Shown here one piece after another: positions 41,197 to 52,229 of a DNA stretch of 64,000 bases (position 1 is the stretch's first letter; every line of letters starts with the position of its first letter). Made by a program: the position numbers and the translations under genes. Source of the DNA: Eledone cirrhosa (Eukaryota); NCBI GenBank assembly GCA_964016885.1, contig OZ024741.1, forward strand, positions 296,112,001 to 296,176,000. The letters are read 5' to 3'. A model generated the notes under the pieces. It saw nothing but the letters and a program-made list of their open reading frames with translations. It did no database searches and was not told the DNA's origin.

Positions 41197-41368
41197 ATAC
41201 TTTCCTGCCAGATTGTTGAACGTATATACTTACCTTATGCATATTAACGGCTGAGTAGCCCAATTTGCACCCGGCCGATTAACCCACTCGATATGCAAAT
41301 TGGGCTACTCAGCCGTTAATATGCATAAGGTAAGTATATACGTTCAACAATCTGGCAGGAAGGTATAC

Positions 41369-41407
41369 GTTGCTGACGATAGCTAATAAGCTTGAAACTA
41401 GTACAGC
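41369..41407 (+). ncRNA. Minimal type I hammerhead (family 2, right arm)
   Basis: GTTG-CTGACGA-TAGCT-AATA-AGCTT-GAAA-CTAG-TA-CAGC, with a palindromic CTAG stem III. Confidence 0.78.
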
Positions 41408-41658
41408 CTTCCTTTGTCAGTGTTGAACAAACGAGCAACGATGGTTGCTGGAGACTACGGCTTAATAAGGGATGTTTGTTTACAAACACACCGAACATTA
41501 TAATAAATGTTCGGTGAATCCATACGTACATATATATATATATGTGTGCATGTATGTATATATACATACTACTGTACGTCTGTATGCATATATGTATGTA
41601 CGTGTACATACTTATTTATATATATATACATATATATATGTATATATATATAAATAAG

Positions 41659-41726
<68 letters not shown>

Positions 41727-41764
41727 GTATATATATATATATATATATATACATATACACATAC

Positions 41765-41841
<77 letters not shown>

Positions 41842-41922
41842 TGGACCTGTTATTTTTATCTAAAGACATTTTTTCCAATTCCATCCCGCCCGTCACCTCA
41901 ATCTATTTTACTTCTCATTCTT

Positions 41923-41958
41923 TCTTCTGATGAAGGACTAGCGTCCGAAACGTTAAGA
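41923..41958 (+). ncRNA. Minimal type I hammerhead (solo, in a short insert between TA tracts)
   Basis: TCTT-CTGATGA-A-GGAC-TAGC-GTCC-GAAA-CG-TT-AAGA. Confidence 0.75.
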
Positions 41959-42055
41959 CCCTCTTCCTGCTATATCAAGCGTTAACCTAATATATACCTT
42001 CCATATACTGTACCGATTGTGTTGTTACTTCTGTTTACCTTTTACATACATATAT

Positions 42056-42090
<35 letters not shown>

Positions 42091-42237
42091 GATGAGATTC
42101 TACGGGACTATAACTGATTTCTAAAGAATGAAACAGTTCTAGCCCTGTAGAATCTCATCTATATTAAAACTGTTATACTCTGCAATGTATTGAGTACCTT
42201 ACTTACTGTGGTTACCTCCGATTCAACCCGGAATAAC

Positions 42238-42276
<39 letters not shown>

Positions 42277-42278
<2 letters not shown>

Positions 42279-43254
42279 GAAAAATTGAACAGGGACAGAA
42301 CAGAGAGGCAGTACGATAAATGTTTATTAAATTCACGCTCAGGAGAGTGGGGGGTAGGTGGGGGACGACGTTTCGGGCATAAGCCCTTCTTCAGGTGAGA
42401 AGTGTGTGGGAACAGAGTTCAAAAGGTGTGTAGGGGAGTGGTGGAGAGACATATAGCGAAAGGAAACGGTGCGAATGAAAAATTAACAAATAAAGACAAA
42501 AAATATAATAAATAATAAATAAAAATAAAGCATGATCAAAATACAAGAAATGAGAAAATTTAAAAATAAAGGCATGATCAAAATAAACTGAAATTAAAAG
42601 GGGGGTAAACAGGTGGTGGAAGGGTGTGGGGTGAGTAGGGGTGGTGACGGGTGGAGTGGGGAGAGGGAGACGGGGTGTCCGAGCGGGGAGGGCTGAAGGT
42701 GGTGTGTGTGGTTAGGTGTGCGTGTGTGTGTGTGTGTGTGTGTGTATGTGAAAGTGAGGGTTGGGGGAAGAACGGGGTTGCATGTTCAGGAAGGTGTGTG
42801 TGGGGGGTGTTTTTGTGGGTCGGAGTGTCTGTGCGTGTGTGGATAGGGGGGTGGGGGGAGAGGAATCAGGAGGCTGAGGGTGTAAATATGTGGTGGGAAG
42901 CACGTGTGTGTGGTTTAAGCGTGATGTGGGTGTGGGTGGCGTGTGGATAAAAAAAATTGTTTGGGGTGTGTGTGTGTGGGTGAGTTATATAGGTGATGGT
43001 GTAAGAGGATGGTTGAAAAGTTGGTAAGTTCCACGGATGTTTGGAGATTTTGGTTAGAAGTCAATATCGCGTGTGGGTAATCCAAGAAGCGGTGGTCGGA
43101 AGAGGAGAGATGTGGGGTGCGCGCGCAACAGGAAGTGGTCAGCAGTGGGAGTGCTGTGGTCAGTTGGTGCTGAGACAGTGGTCGGAAGGGCATAGCAGCA
43201 GTCGGCGGAATGGTAGGGAGGCGAGGATGGGTAGGTGTGAGAGTTGGAGTGAGG

Positions 43255-43291
<37 letters not shown>

Positions 43292-43790
43292 TAGTAGGGG
43301 TGTTAGTGGGATGAGTGAGTGTGGAGCGGGGAGAGAAGGGTGTGTGTGGTTCTATGGAGGGAGTGTGGTGTACGAGGGTGTGTGGGTACGCGTGCGTGGG
43401 GTTGGAGGGTGTTAGTGATGTTAGTTGCGTGTGGGGTGGGTGGTGTAAGTGGGTGCGTGTGTGCGTGTGATAAGGAGGGGGGAGGAGGAGAAGAGGGGAG
43501 GGAAGGGATGTTAGTATGTTAGTTGGGGAAGGGTGGTCAGATGAGGGGTGGAGTGGAGGTGTTAGTATTGTTAGTGTGGGGTGGGCGGTGAAAAGGAGGG
43601 GTGTGTTAGTGGTGTTAGTGGGGGATAAGTGTGGGGGGAGGGGGGAGGTCGAACGCTAAAGGAATAAGGGTGGGGAGTTCAGGCCGGGGGGAGTGTGGGT
43701 CTGTAAGATGAAGATAGTGCGTTGTTCGACCGTAAGGCGATGGGCGGGTGTTCCGTGGCACTGGAGTAGGCCACAGACTGTGAGATGGCG
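42277..43790 (-). mobile_element. Non-autonomous/decayed PLE derivative, low-complexity, with a 3' hammerhead core
   Basis: (TA)n at both ends. Hammerhead core at 42365-42396 (-): CTGAAGA-A-GGGC-TTAT-GCCC-GAAA-CGTC. GIY-YIG-like remnants (SDHCLS / DHSTPTADHF) near 43130-43190. Confidence 0.5.
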
Positions 43791-43803
43791 TATATATATA
43801 TAA

Positions 43804-44072
43804 ATGGAAAAAATGAAACGAAATTTCATTTCTCACTAATACGGCTGTTACTTAAATATAAGTATGTACACGTACATACATATATGTATACAGACGTACA
43901 GTAGTATGTATATATATACATAGATGCACACACATATATATATGTACGTATGGATTTACCGAACATTTATTATAATGCTCGGTTTGTTTGTAAACAAACA
44001 TCCCGAATTAAGCCGTACAGTGTTTAGCAACCATCGTTGCCCTTTTGTTCAACACTGACAAAGGAACGATGT
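43804..44072 (-). mobile_element. Family 2 element 3' portion (single arm); another copy at 50410-50612
   Basis: Near-identical to 40897-41160. Confidence 0.8.
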
Positions 44073-44104
44073 CAGTGTTCCTTTGTATTGTGTATGTTTG
44101 TATG

Positions 44105-44268
44105 TATGTTATTTTTGACCGGCCACCTTGCTGGTGGCAAGGTTGTAAAAGAAAAGAAATTGTCATTCCTTGAATCGCAAGAATGTTTTGCAAACTTTGA
44201 AGGTGCCAGCTATCGCAGCCATTTGTAGACTATGAATTAGGGAGCTGCGCTCTTTGTCCGCAAATCCA
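44105..44268 (-). mobile_element. R4/Dong family A 3' end fragment
   Basis: Reverse complement of 55857-56015; flanked by TATG repeats. Confidence 0.85.
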
Positions 44269-44321
44269 TGTATTTATGTGTGTTTGTATGTATGTATGTA
44301 TGTATGTATGTATGTATGTAT

Positions 44322-45640
44322 GTTCTTCTGGTTTTATAATTTCACAAATTTTTTCCCAATAAAGAGAGAGTCGGTTTCTAACATAGACACAAGACTCTCT
44401 CATTAGAATTTACACAACATCAACTAGGTAGATTATGTATGCATGCATGTGTAGATATGGATGTTATTGTATGTGTGGATGTGTATGTTTTGAGTTGTAT
44501 GTGTGTATGTGTATATGCTTTGCATCTGTACATGTGTATATGCAGTTATTAGATGCAAAGTTTTGGGAATGTTTTACCTATTTTTACTGTTCCATTAATG
44601 GATTGTACTTGTAACTTCCTAACTAGTTGTGTTCTTTCTGTTCCTGTGAAGCCTAGCTTCTCAAGATTTGTATTGAGGCAGTTACTAACATACCCCAGTG
44701 CGCCAATAATCACAGGCATAAATCTGAGGTGTAATCAGGGTGGAGTATCTGCAGATTTCTCATCAGTTCTGCATAAATATTCTCCTTTTCGTTAATCTTT
44801 GATATTATATTAGAATCTGCTAGGCGGCTAATTTCCACTACTGTGCATGCTTTCTTCTCCCTGTCCCATATCATAATATCTGGTCTGTTATGCCTGCATT
44901 TTATTGGGGTTTTTACTGGAACATTCCACCAGTACTCTTTCATATTATGTACATGGATGTCTTCCACATTGCTGTAGCTTTTAATGTGTTTATTATCGGG
45001 GCTATCTTTTTTACGAACCGCATTGTACAGTGTTTTGGCCACTACATCATGCCTCATAGGTAGATAGTATCGCGATGACATCTTTGGACAGCTGCTGATG
45101 ACATGGGTGATATCCTCGATGTTAGTTCTGCAGAGTCTGCACTTGTTATCACATCAAGTGTTTTGCCTGCATCCCTATCTCTTTTGTGAATCAGGTATTT
45201 CGTGTTAATCTCATGTTCTTGGATTGCAAAAGCGTATCCTTCAAAGTGGGGGCCAATATAGCAGTTGTTGGTTCAAGATAGACTACTGTCGTTATCTATA
45301 TTACTCTCACTCTGGAGCTTCCTGGCAACATATCCGTGCATGATTTTTTGCTGATAAGCATGCAGTTTTTCATCCAAGGATTCACTGCGATACTGTTGAG
45401 CGACTTCCCTGGGTGCGAGTTTTTGATTATCACACAGGGAATATCTCTCGAGGAGTTCCTTCCCAACTGTCATGATCTTATCTGTTTCATGCAGATAGAC
45501 TTGCTCGAGAAACGGGCTCCTACGCTTCGAGGTTCGTAGATGTTGTCGGAGAGATATGATGCGACATTCAAATGCTGTCTAGACTGATGTTAGGCCTCTG
45601 CCTCCCTGCTTACGTTTCAAGTAAAGGCGATCTATTTCTC
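44322..45640 (-). mobile_element. R4/Dong-type RLE retrotransposon family B, 3' fragment (pseudogenised)
   Basis: GGRGL, CRLC..N.EDITHVISSC zinc knuckle, RHDVVAK, RHNRPDIMIWD...VVEIS RLE motifs. The 3' UTR ends in (TACA)n and is repeated at 45690-45975. Confidence 0.85.
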
Positions 45641-46388
45641 TGTCGATGTGGAAGTTTTCGGTGTTGTTTAGTATTTTTCGAGTTCCAACTATGTATGTAT
45701 GTATGTTTGTATGTATGTTCTGGTTTTATAATTTCACAAATTGTTTCCCAATAGAGAGAGAGTCGGTTTCTAACATAGACACAAGACTCTCTCATTGGAA
45801 TGTACACATCAACTAGGTAGATATGTATGCATGTCTGCATGTGTAGATATGGATGTTATTGTATGTGTGGATGTGTATGTTTTGAGTTGTATGTGTGCAT
45901 GTGTATATGCTTTGTATCTGTACATGTATATATGCAGTTATTAGATGCAACATTTTTGGAATGTTTTGGAATGTATGTATGTGTACGTGTATGTGTGTAT
46001 GTATTGTGTATGTTTGTATGTATGTGTGTATGTATGTGTGTATTGTGTATGTATGTATATTTGTATGTATGTATGTACGTATGTACGAATGCATGCTTGT
46101 TTGTATGTATGTATGTATGTATGTATGTATGTATGTATGTATGCATGAATGCATACAAGTATGTATATATGTGTGTGTGTATGTATGTATGTGTGTATGT
46201 ATGCATGTATGCATGCATGTAAGTATATATCTACGTATGTATGTATGTATGTACGTATGTATCGATGTATATATATATTGATGTATGTATGTATGTATGT
46301 ATGTATGTATGTATGTATGTATGTATGTATGTATGTATGTATGTATGTATGTATCAATGTATGTATGTACTGATGTATGTATGTATGC

Positions 46389-46625
46389 TAGCACGGCTGA
46401 ATGGTTAAGATGTTAGCTTCACAATCATGAGATCCTGGGTTCGATTCCGTTGCATGGCATCGTGGACAACTCTCCTTACCGTAGCCTCGGGAGAACCATA
46501 TTTTGTGAGTTAATTCTGGTAGACGGTACCTCTGTGGAAGCCTGTCGGATGGATTGTATCTATAATTCGAATGTACGGCCTTGTCACATATTGTGTCACG
46601 CTGATTCTGTTTGAGAATTAAATTA
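46389..46625 (+). mobile_element. tRNA-derived SINE (CORE-like)
   Basis: A box CGGCTGAATGG and B box GGTTCGATTCC. Confidence 0.6.
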
Positions 46626-46649
46626 AGGGGCCATGTAACAGAAAGAGCA

Positions 46650-46905
46650 ACATCTGGTGTGAAGGACATACTCGAGACCAATAGGAAGGGCAAACATAAA
46701 TGAGCTGGTCACGTCTCTTGTTTCAGAGACAACAGATGGATTATTAGAGTGACTGAGTGGACACCAAAGGCAGTGGAGAAGAACCAGTGTGTGGCCAAAG
46801 GCCAGATGGCGCGATGATCTGACTCGATACTTCGGGACCCCGTGGCGCAATAAGGCCAGTGATAGGAAACGGTGGAGATCAACCAGGGAAAGGTTCCCCC
46901 AACAG
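46650..46905 (+). mobile_element. RTE-clade LINE 3' fragment
   Basis: Translates to AGHV...DNRWIIRVTEWTP...PKARWRDDL. Confidence 0.65.
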
Positions 46906-47027
46906 GAGTAAGAATGCCCTGGATTTTGGATTTTGGATGTGTCTGTGAAATATTCGGCCCCTTGTACATTAGTTCACGTGTTAGACATTCAGTCGAAATA
47001 GTAAATGGCATAACTTGACGTTTTCTC

Positions 47028-47128
<101 letters not shown>

Positions 47129-47281
47129 GTTATACGTGGAAGGATCGCAGTCAGTGCTTGACTTACATATAAGCTAAATAAACTAGAGCTTAAGGCCACA
47201 TATCTTCGGGAGCCACATTTTAAAAATATATATTTTTATTTTATCATTAGTTTTTATTCTTTAACATTAAATCATAAAAAA

Positions 47282-47388
<107 letters not shown>

Positions 47389-47502
47389 GTCATTTTGAAA
47401 GCCTCAACAATGCAGATGGGTAAATCTCCGGGAACAGAATCAGGTAGTAATGAGAGAGAGAGAGCGAGAGAGCGAGCGAGAGAGAGAGAGAGAGAGGGAG
47501 AA

Positions 47503-47577
<75 letters not shown>

Positions 47578-47705
47578 TAAGATGAGGCATAGAGAGCGTA
47601 AAAGAACGCAGGGAAAGTGTAAAAAATAATAACACGAGATAGAGTTACCTTGGAAGTGATTTAATAGTCCCTATATTTCGGATTTCACATCCATCAACGG
47701 GAGAT

Positions 47706-47828
47706 TTTCCGAGGGGAAAAAGGTTGCTTCGGAGAGGGACAACACGTGGCCCCCGCTGTTTACCGTGTGCGTATAACAGCGGAGGCCACGTGTTGTCCCT
47801 CTCCGACACAACCATTTTCCCCTCGGAA
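47706..47828. repeat. GC-rich imperfect palindrome (~55 bp arms)
   Basis: TTTCCGAGGGGAAAA...TCGGAGAGGGACAACACGTGGCC.CCGCTGTT versus AACAGCGG.GGCCACGTGTTGTCCCTCTCCGA...TTTTCCCCTCGGAAA. Confidence 0.85.
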
Positions 47829-47955
47829 ACCCTATTTTTAAATGACTATTTTTATCATTTCACAACTCTTCAAGCTAACTTCTCTCTTGTCCGTAGGCGG
47901 TATGCCGTTTGAGTACTCGATGATCGTGGTGTAGAGCAGAGTATATTATTATAGA

Positions 47956-48150
47956 GGGCGGTGGATTGGCAGTATCGGTAGAGGGTCGGACGCCATGCGT
48001 TGAGGCATAGAGTTACGGCTCTTGCTATTCTGAGTTCAAATCCCGCCGAGGTTAACTATGTCTTTCATCCTTATGGGGTCGATAAAATAAAGTACCACTA
48101 ATACACTGGGGTAATTGCTGGCCTTGTGCCAAAAGTAGAAACAATTATTA
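47956..48150 (+). mobile_element. Full-length Deu/Nin-like tRNA SINE
   Basis: GGGCGGTGGATTGGCAGTATCGG, B box GAGTTCAAATCCC, core, tail ACAATTATTA. Flanked by an ATTATTATA duplication. Confidence 0.82.
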
Positions 48151-48182
48151 TAAATAACGAGGAATCAGTGATGCATCAAAAC

Positions 48183-48220
<38 letters not shown>

Positions 48221-48623
48221 ATAAATGTAATCTGAGTTTTTCGAATGTTAATAATAATATTCGATTCGTTTGCAATTTTGCAAACAAGCCTCAATTTTAT
48301 AGCCATGTCAGTAGAATGAACACTTCATTCTTGCTCTTGTGTGGGCATGCGAACAGAACCGCAGACACTAATGTTTCTGGGTATCACCCTTCATCAGTAC
48401 AGCTCACTGTTCACCTGCCAAACTGTCAGAGCTAGTGAAAATATATGCTATTTTCAAAAATACACAGTGACTGATCGGCCTCATTTGCATATTAGCAGAA
48501 TGGCTGATCAGTCAGATCTGCATATTAGCACATCCACTGATCAGCCGGATTTTCATGTCAACAGACTGGCCAGTCAGATTCCTGTAGACGAGCGATAAAT
48601 GGCCGGCTTTGCCAAATTCAAAT

Positions 48624-48984
48624 AAAAAAGAAAAGAAAATTTCGCTCTACATGGCTGAATACAATAAATGTAATCTGAGTTTTTCGAATATTAATAATAA
48701 CATTGGAGTCGTTTGCAATTTTACAAACAAGCCTCAATTTTAAAGCCATGTCAGTAGTATTAACATTTCATTCTTGCTCTTGTGTTGGCATGTGAACAGA
48801 ACTGCAGAGACTAATGCCAACACAAGAGCAAGAATGAAATGTTAATACTACTGACATGGCTTTAAAATTGAGGCTTGTTTGCAAAATTGCAAACGACTCC
48901 AATGTTATTATTAATATTCGAAAAACTCAGATTACATTTATTGTATTCAGCCATGTAGAGCGAAATTTTCTTTTTCTTTTTTTA
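48624..48984. repeat. Long palindrome (~170 bp arms); the left arm is also duplicated at 48222-48375
   Basis: 48624-48791 is the reverse complement of 48814-48984. Confidence 0.88.
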
Positions 48985-49260
48985 TATATATTATAGATAA
49001 CGAGAAATCAGCGATGCATCAAAACACAAATTATTAACATATTACATATGTTTCTCCGACGATCAGCTCAAGGCAGGATCTGTTACAGATCGAATGAAAT
49101 GCTTTGAAAGCGCAAAACTTATCTGAGGACCTTGCGAATGCAGAGTCAGATTCGATCTGGAACAGAACCTGCCTTGAGCTGATCGTCGGAGAAACATATG
49201 TAATATGTTAATAAATTGTGTTTTGATGCATCACTGATTTCTCGTTATCTATAATATATA
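48985..49260. mobile_element. Palindromic element with a hammerhead-like core at 49120-49205 (+)
   Basis: Arms 48985-49095 and 49150-49260. TAT-CTGAGGA...GGA-GAAA-CATATG-TA-ATA. TA tracts on both sides. Confidence 0.65.
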
Positions 49261-49680
49261 TATATATATATATATACAAATGGGAGCTTAGTAAACTCGA
49301 AGCTTTGGCTGTGGCCAAGCAAAGTCGACCTACAATAGGAATGAGTTAGCAAAGCACTCAATAAGGGTAGGTCCTTAGAGTAATAACATACGTTTAAATA
49401 GCTTGACAAATTGAACATAGCGGTAGGCAAAGCCCAACCACACAATACCAAAGTAACGAAAGAATTAACAGGTTAATAAACAGACCTGGACAAATCGGAC
49501 GATAAAAAATGTCGGAAGTGTTTCTATGAATTCGAAATCATTTATCCAACTAACGTAACACGCAAGGTTGCGGTATTCCATGATCGAACAGAGGATTCAT
49601 TTCATCAACAGGGATTCCGTTCTGCCTCAAACTGGTGTGAACAAACTAAATGCGACCGCTACAGAGAACAGCCTTCAAAC

Positions 49681-49743
<63 letters not shown>

Positions 49744-49783
49744 GATATTAAACAAATGGAAACTATATTTATAAAACCATATT

Positions 49784-49849
49784 TATTTCGTTATATATAT
49801 TTCTGGGATATCATATTAAAAATATGGTATGCCTTCCTCAGACAAAATA
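49784..49849 (-). ncRNA. Type I hammerhead (family 3, left arm)
   Basis: Reverse complement of 50143-50208. Confidence 0.75.
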
Positions 49850-50142
49850 CAATATATAAGCTGTTTTATAAATAATTTTGACATACCTTAGAATAATGCA
49901 ACTTCCATTTAAAAAGTTGATTTGGTAGTGAAACTGTTGAGGACAGTTATAGAGAAAGAAAGACGAAGAAAAACGAAGAAAAACGAAGATAAAAAGAAGA
50001 AGATGGAGAGATGTAAGCAAAGAAAAACAACAGAGCGAGATAGAGAGAGAAGGAGATATGGGAGAGAGAAATCAACTTTTTAAATGGAAGTTGCATTATT
50101 CTAAGGTATGTCAAAATTATTTATAAAACAGCTTATATATTG

Positions 50143-50208
50143 TATTTTGTCTGAGGAAGGCATACCATATTTTAAATATGATATCCCAGAAATATATATA
50201 ACGAAATA
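50143..50208 (+). ncRNA. Type I hammerhead (family 3, right arm)
   Basis: Stem I TATTTTGT/ACGAAATA (8 bp); CTGAGGA; stem II GGCATACCATATTTTAAATATGATATCC; GAAA; TATATA; TA. Confidence 0.78.
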
Positions 50209-50336
50209 AATATGGTTTTATAAATATAGTTTCCATTTGTTTAATATCGTAAACCTACTCCAAAAATTGTTGAGTGCTTTTATATCAGTTATAAAATATT
50301 TACTCGTTGTAACCCAACAATTTTAAATAAATCTTT

Positions 50337-50414
<78 letters not shown>

Positions 50415-50800
50415 CATGTATACGTACATACATATATGTATACAGACGTACAGTAGTATGTATATATATACATAGATGCACACACATATATATATGTACG
50501 TATGAATTTACCGAACATTTATTATAATGCTCGGTTTGTTTGTAAACAAACATCCCGAATTAAGCCGTACAGTGTTTAGCAACCATCGTTGCCCCTTTGT
50601 TCAACACTGACATCGTTGCATACACAAATACACACATACATACATACATACATACATATATACATACATACATACATACAAACATACACAATACATACAA
50701 ACATACATACATACATACATACATACATACATACATACATACATACATACATACATACATACATACATACATACATACATACATACATACATACATACAT

Positions 50801-51407
50801 ACTGACTGCCAACTCGTTTTCGAGTACGGCCACTACTTTATATCCATGTAGGAGAACCCCTACCGATGCGCTGAACGAGTGTGACTTTTTAGTCCAGCCA
50901 GCGACTTGGAAACTCTGGTACAAACACTACACTTGGGACAATTATTGACACATAGTGCTGGGCCCATGGTACCATGTGACGACAAGTGCAGAGAGATCTC
51001 CAGATATAAAGCAATGCCTGTGCCGTGAAGCTTTTATAGTGAGCAAAGGCACTGCACAAAGCCAGTCCCACTCTCTTAACCAAGATGATATTTACCAAAA
51101 AGAAGAACAAGTCAACATCATTGGATACCATCAGGGTTGCAGGTGTTATATCAGAGTTTTCCTTCTCCTAGAATTCTGCCTTGACAAAGGCTAAGGGGTC
51201 ATCTCTCCCGGTGATTTTGGATGGCCATTGACTCTTAAGAGCTCCTTTGCCCTTTGACAGGTTTTGATTTTAGTCCTGCGGGATGTCCAAAGTCACCCTC
51301 CTCACCAAGAAACCTTGGTGGGGTTGCCAGTTTAGTCGCCAACGACCCGACCATGGGACAGGTTGTACTGGGATACATGTTACCAGTAGCACCAACTGGT
51401 GACCTGA
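50801..51407 (-). mobile_element. Probable retroelement 5' fragment with a structured leader, inserted in (TACA)n
   Basis: Bounded by TACA repeats. 51280-51400 is homologous to 3540-3670 (GCTACTGGTA...CAGTACAACCTG...GGTGAGGAGGG). Confidence 0.45.
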
Positions 51408-51449
51408 CATACATACATACATACATACATACATACATACATACATACA

Positions 51450-51483
<34 letters not shown>

Positions 51484-51489
51484 CATACA

Positions 51490-51975
51490 TACAAAGATTA
51501 GTGAAAAGGAGAATATTTATGCAGAACTGATGAGAAATCTGCAGATACTCCACCCTGATTACACCTTCAGATATATGCCTGTGATTATTGGGGCACTGGG
51601 GTGTGTTAGTAACTGCCTCAATACAAATCTTGAGAAGCTAGGCTTCACAGGAACAGAAAGAACACAACTAGTTAGGAAATTACAAGTACAATCCATTAAT
51701 GGAACAGTAAAAATATGAAAAACATTCCAAACATTTTGCATCTAATAACTGCTTATACAGATGTACAGATGCAAAGCATATACACATACACACATACAAC
51801 TCAAAACATCCACATCCACACATACAATAACATCCATATCTACACATGCATGCATACATACATATCTACCTAGTTGATGTTGTGTAAATTCCAATGAGAG
51901 AGTCTTGTGTCTGTTAGAAACCGACTCTCTCTTTATTGGTAAAAAAATTTGTGAAATTATAAAACCAGAAGAACA
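51490..51975 (+). mobile_element. R4/Dong family B 3' fragment
   Basis: EKENIYAELMRNLQILHPDY...PVIIGALG; matches 44322-44800 reverse complement; TACA repeats on both sides. Confidence 0.85.
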
Positions 51976-52029
51976 TACATACATACATACATACATACAT
52001 ACATACATACATACATACATACATACATA

Positions 52030-52195
52030 GAACTTGGATTTGCGGACAAAAAGCGCAGCTCCCTAATTCATAGTCTACAAATGGCTGCGATAGCTGGCAC
52101 CTTCAAAATTTGCAAAACATTCTTGCGATTCAAGGGATGACAATTTCTTTTCTTTTACAACCTTGCCACCAGGAAGGTGGCCGGTCAAAAAAAAT
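52030..52195 (+). mobile_element. R4/Dong family A 3' end fragment
   Basis: Matches 55852-56012. Confidence 0.85.
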
Positions 52196-52229
52196 ACTCG
52201 AAATTAAGAGAAAGAGAAAACATACATAC

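Larger units (their letters stand above)
40897..41615. mobile_element. Palindromic hammerhead-bearing element, family 2
   Basis: Arms ~40950-41269 and 41294-41615 are reverse complements with a few mismatches and a ~24 nt spacer. (TA)n on both sides. Confidence 0.88.
49742..50340. mobile_element. Palindromic hammerhead-bearing element, family 3
   Basis: Arms 49742-49923 and 50068-50251. (TA)n on both sides. Related copy at 59677-60113. Confidence 0.87.
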
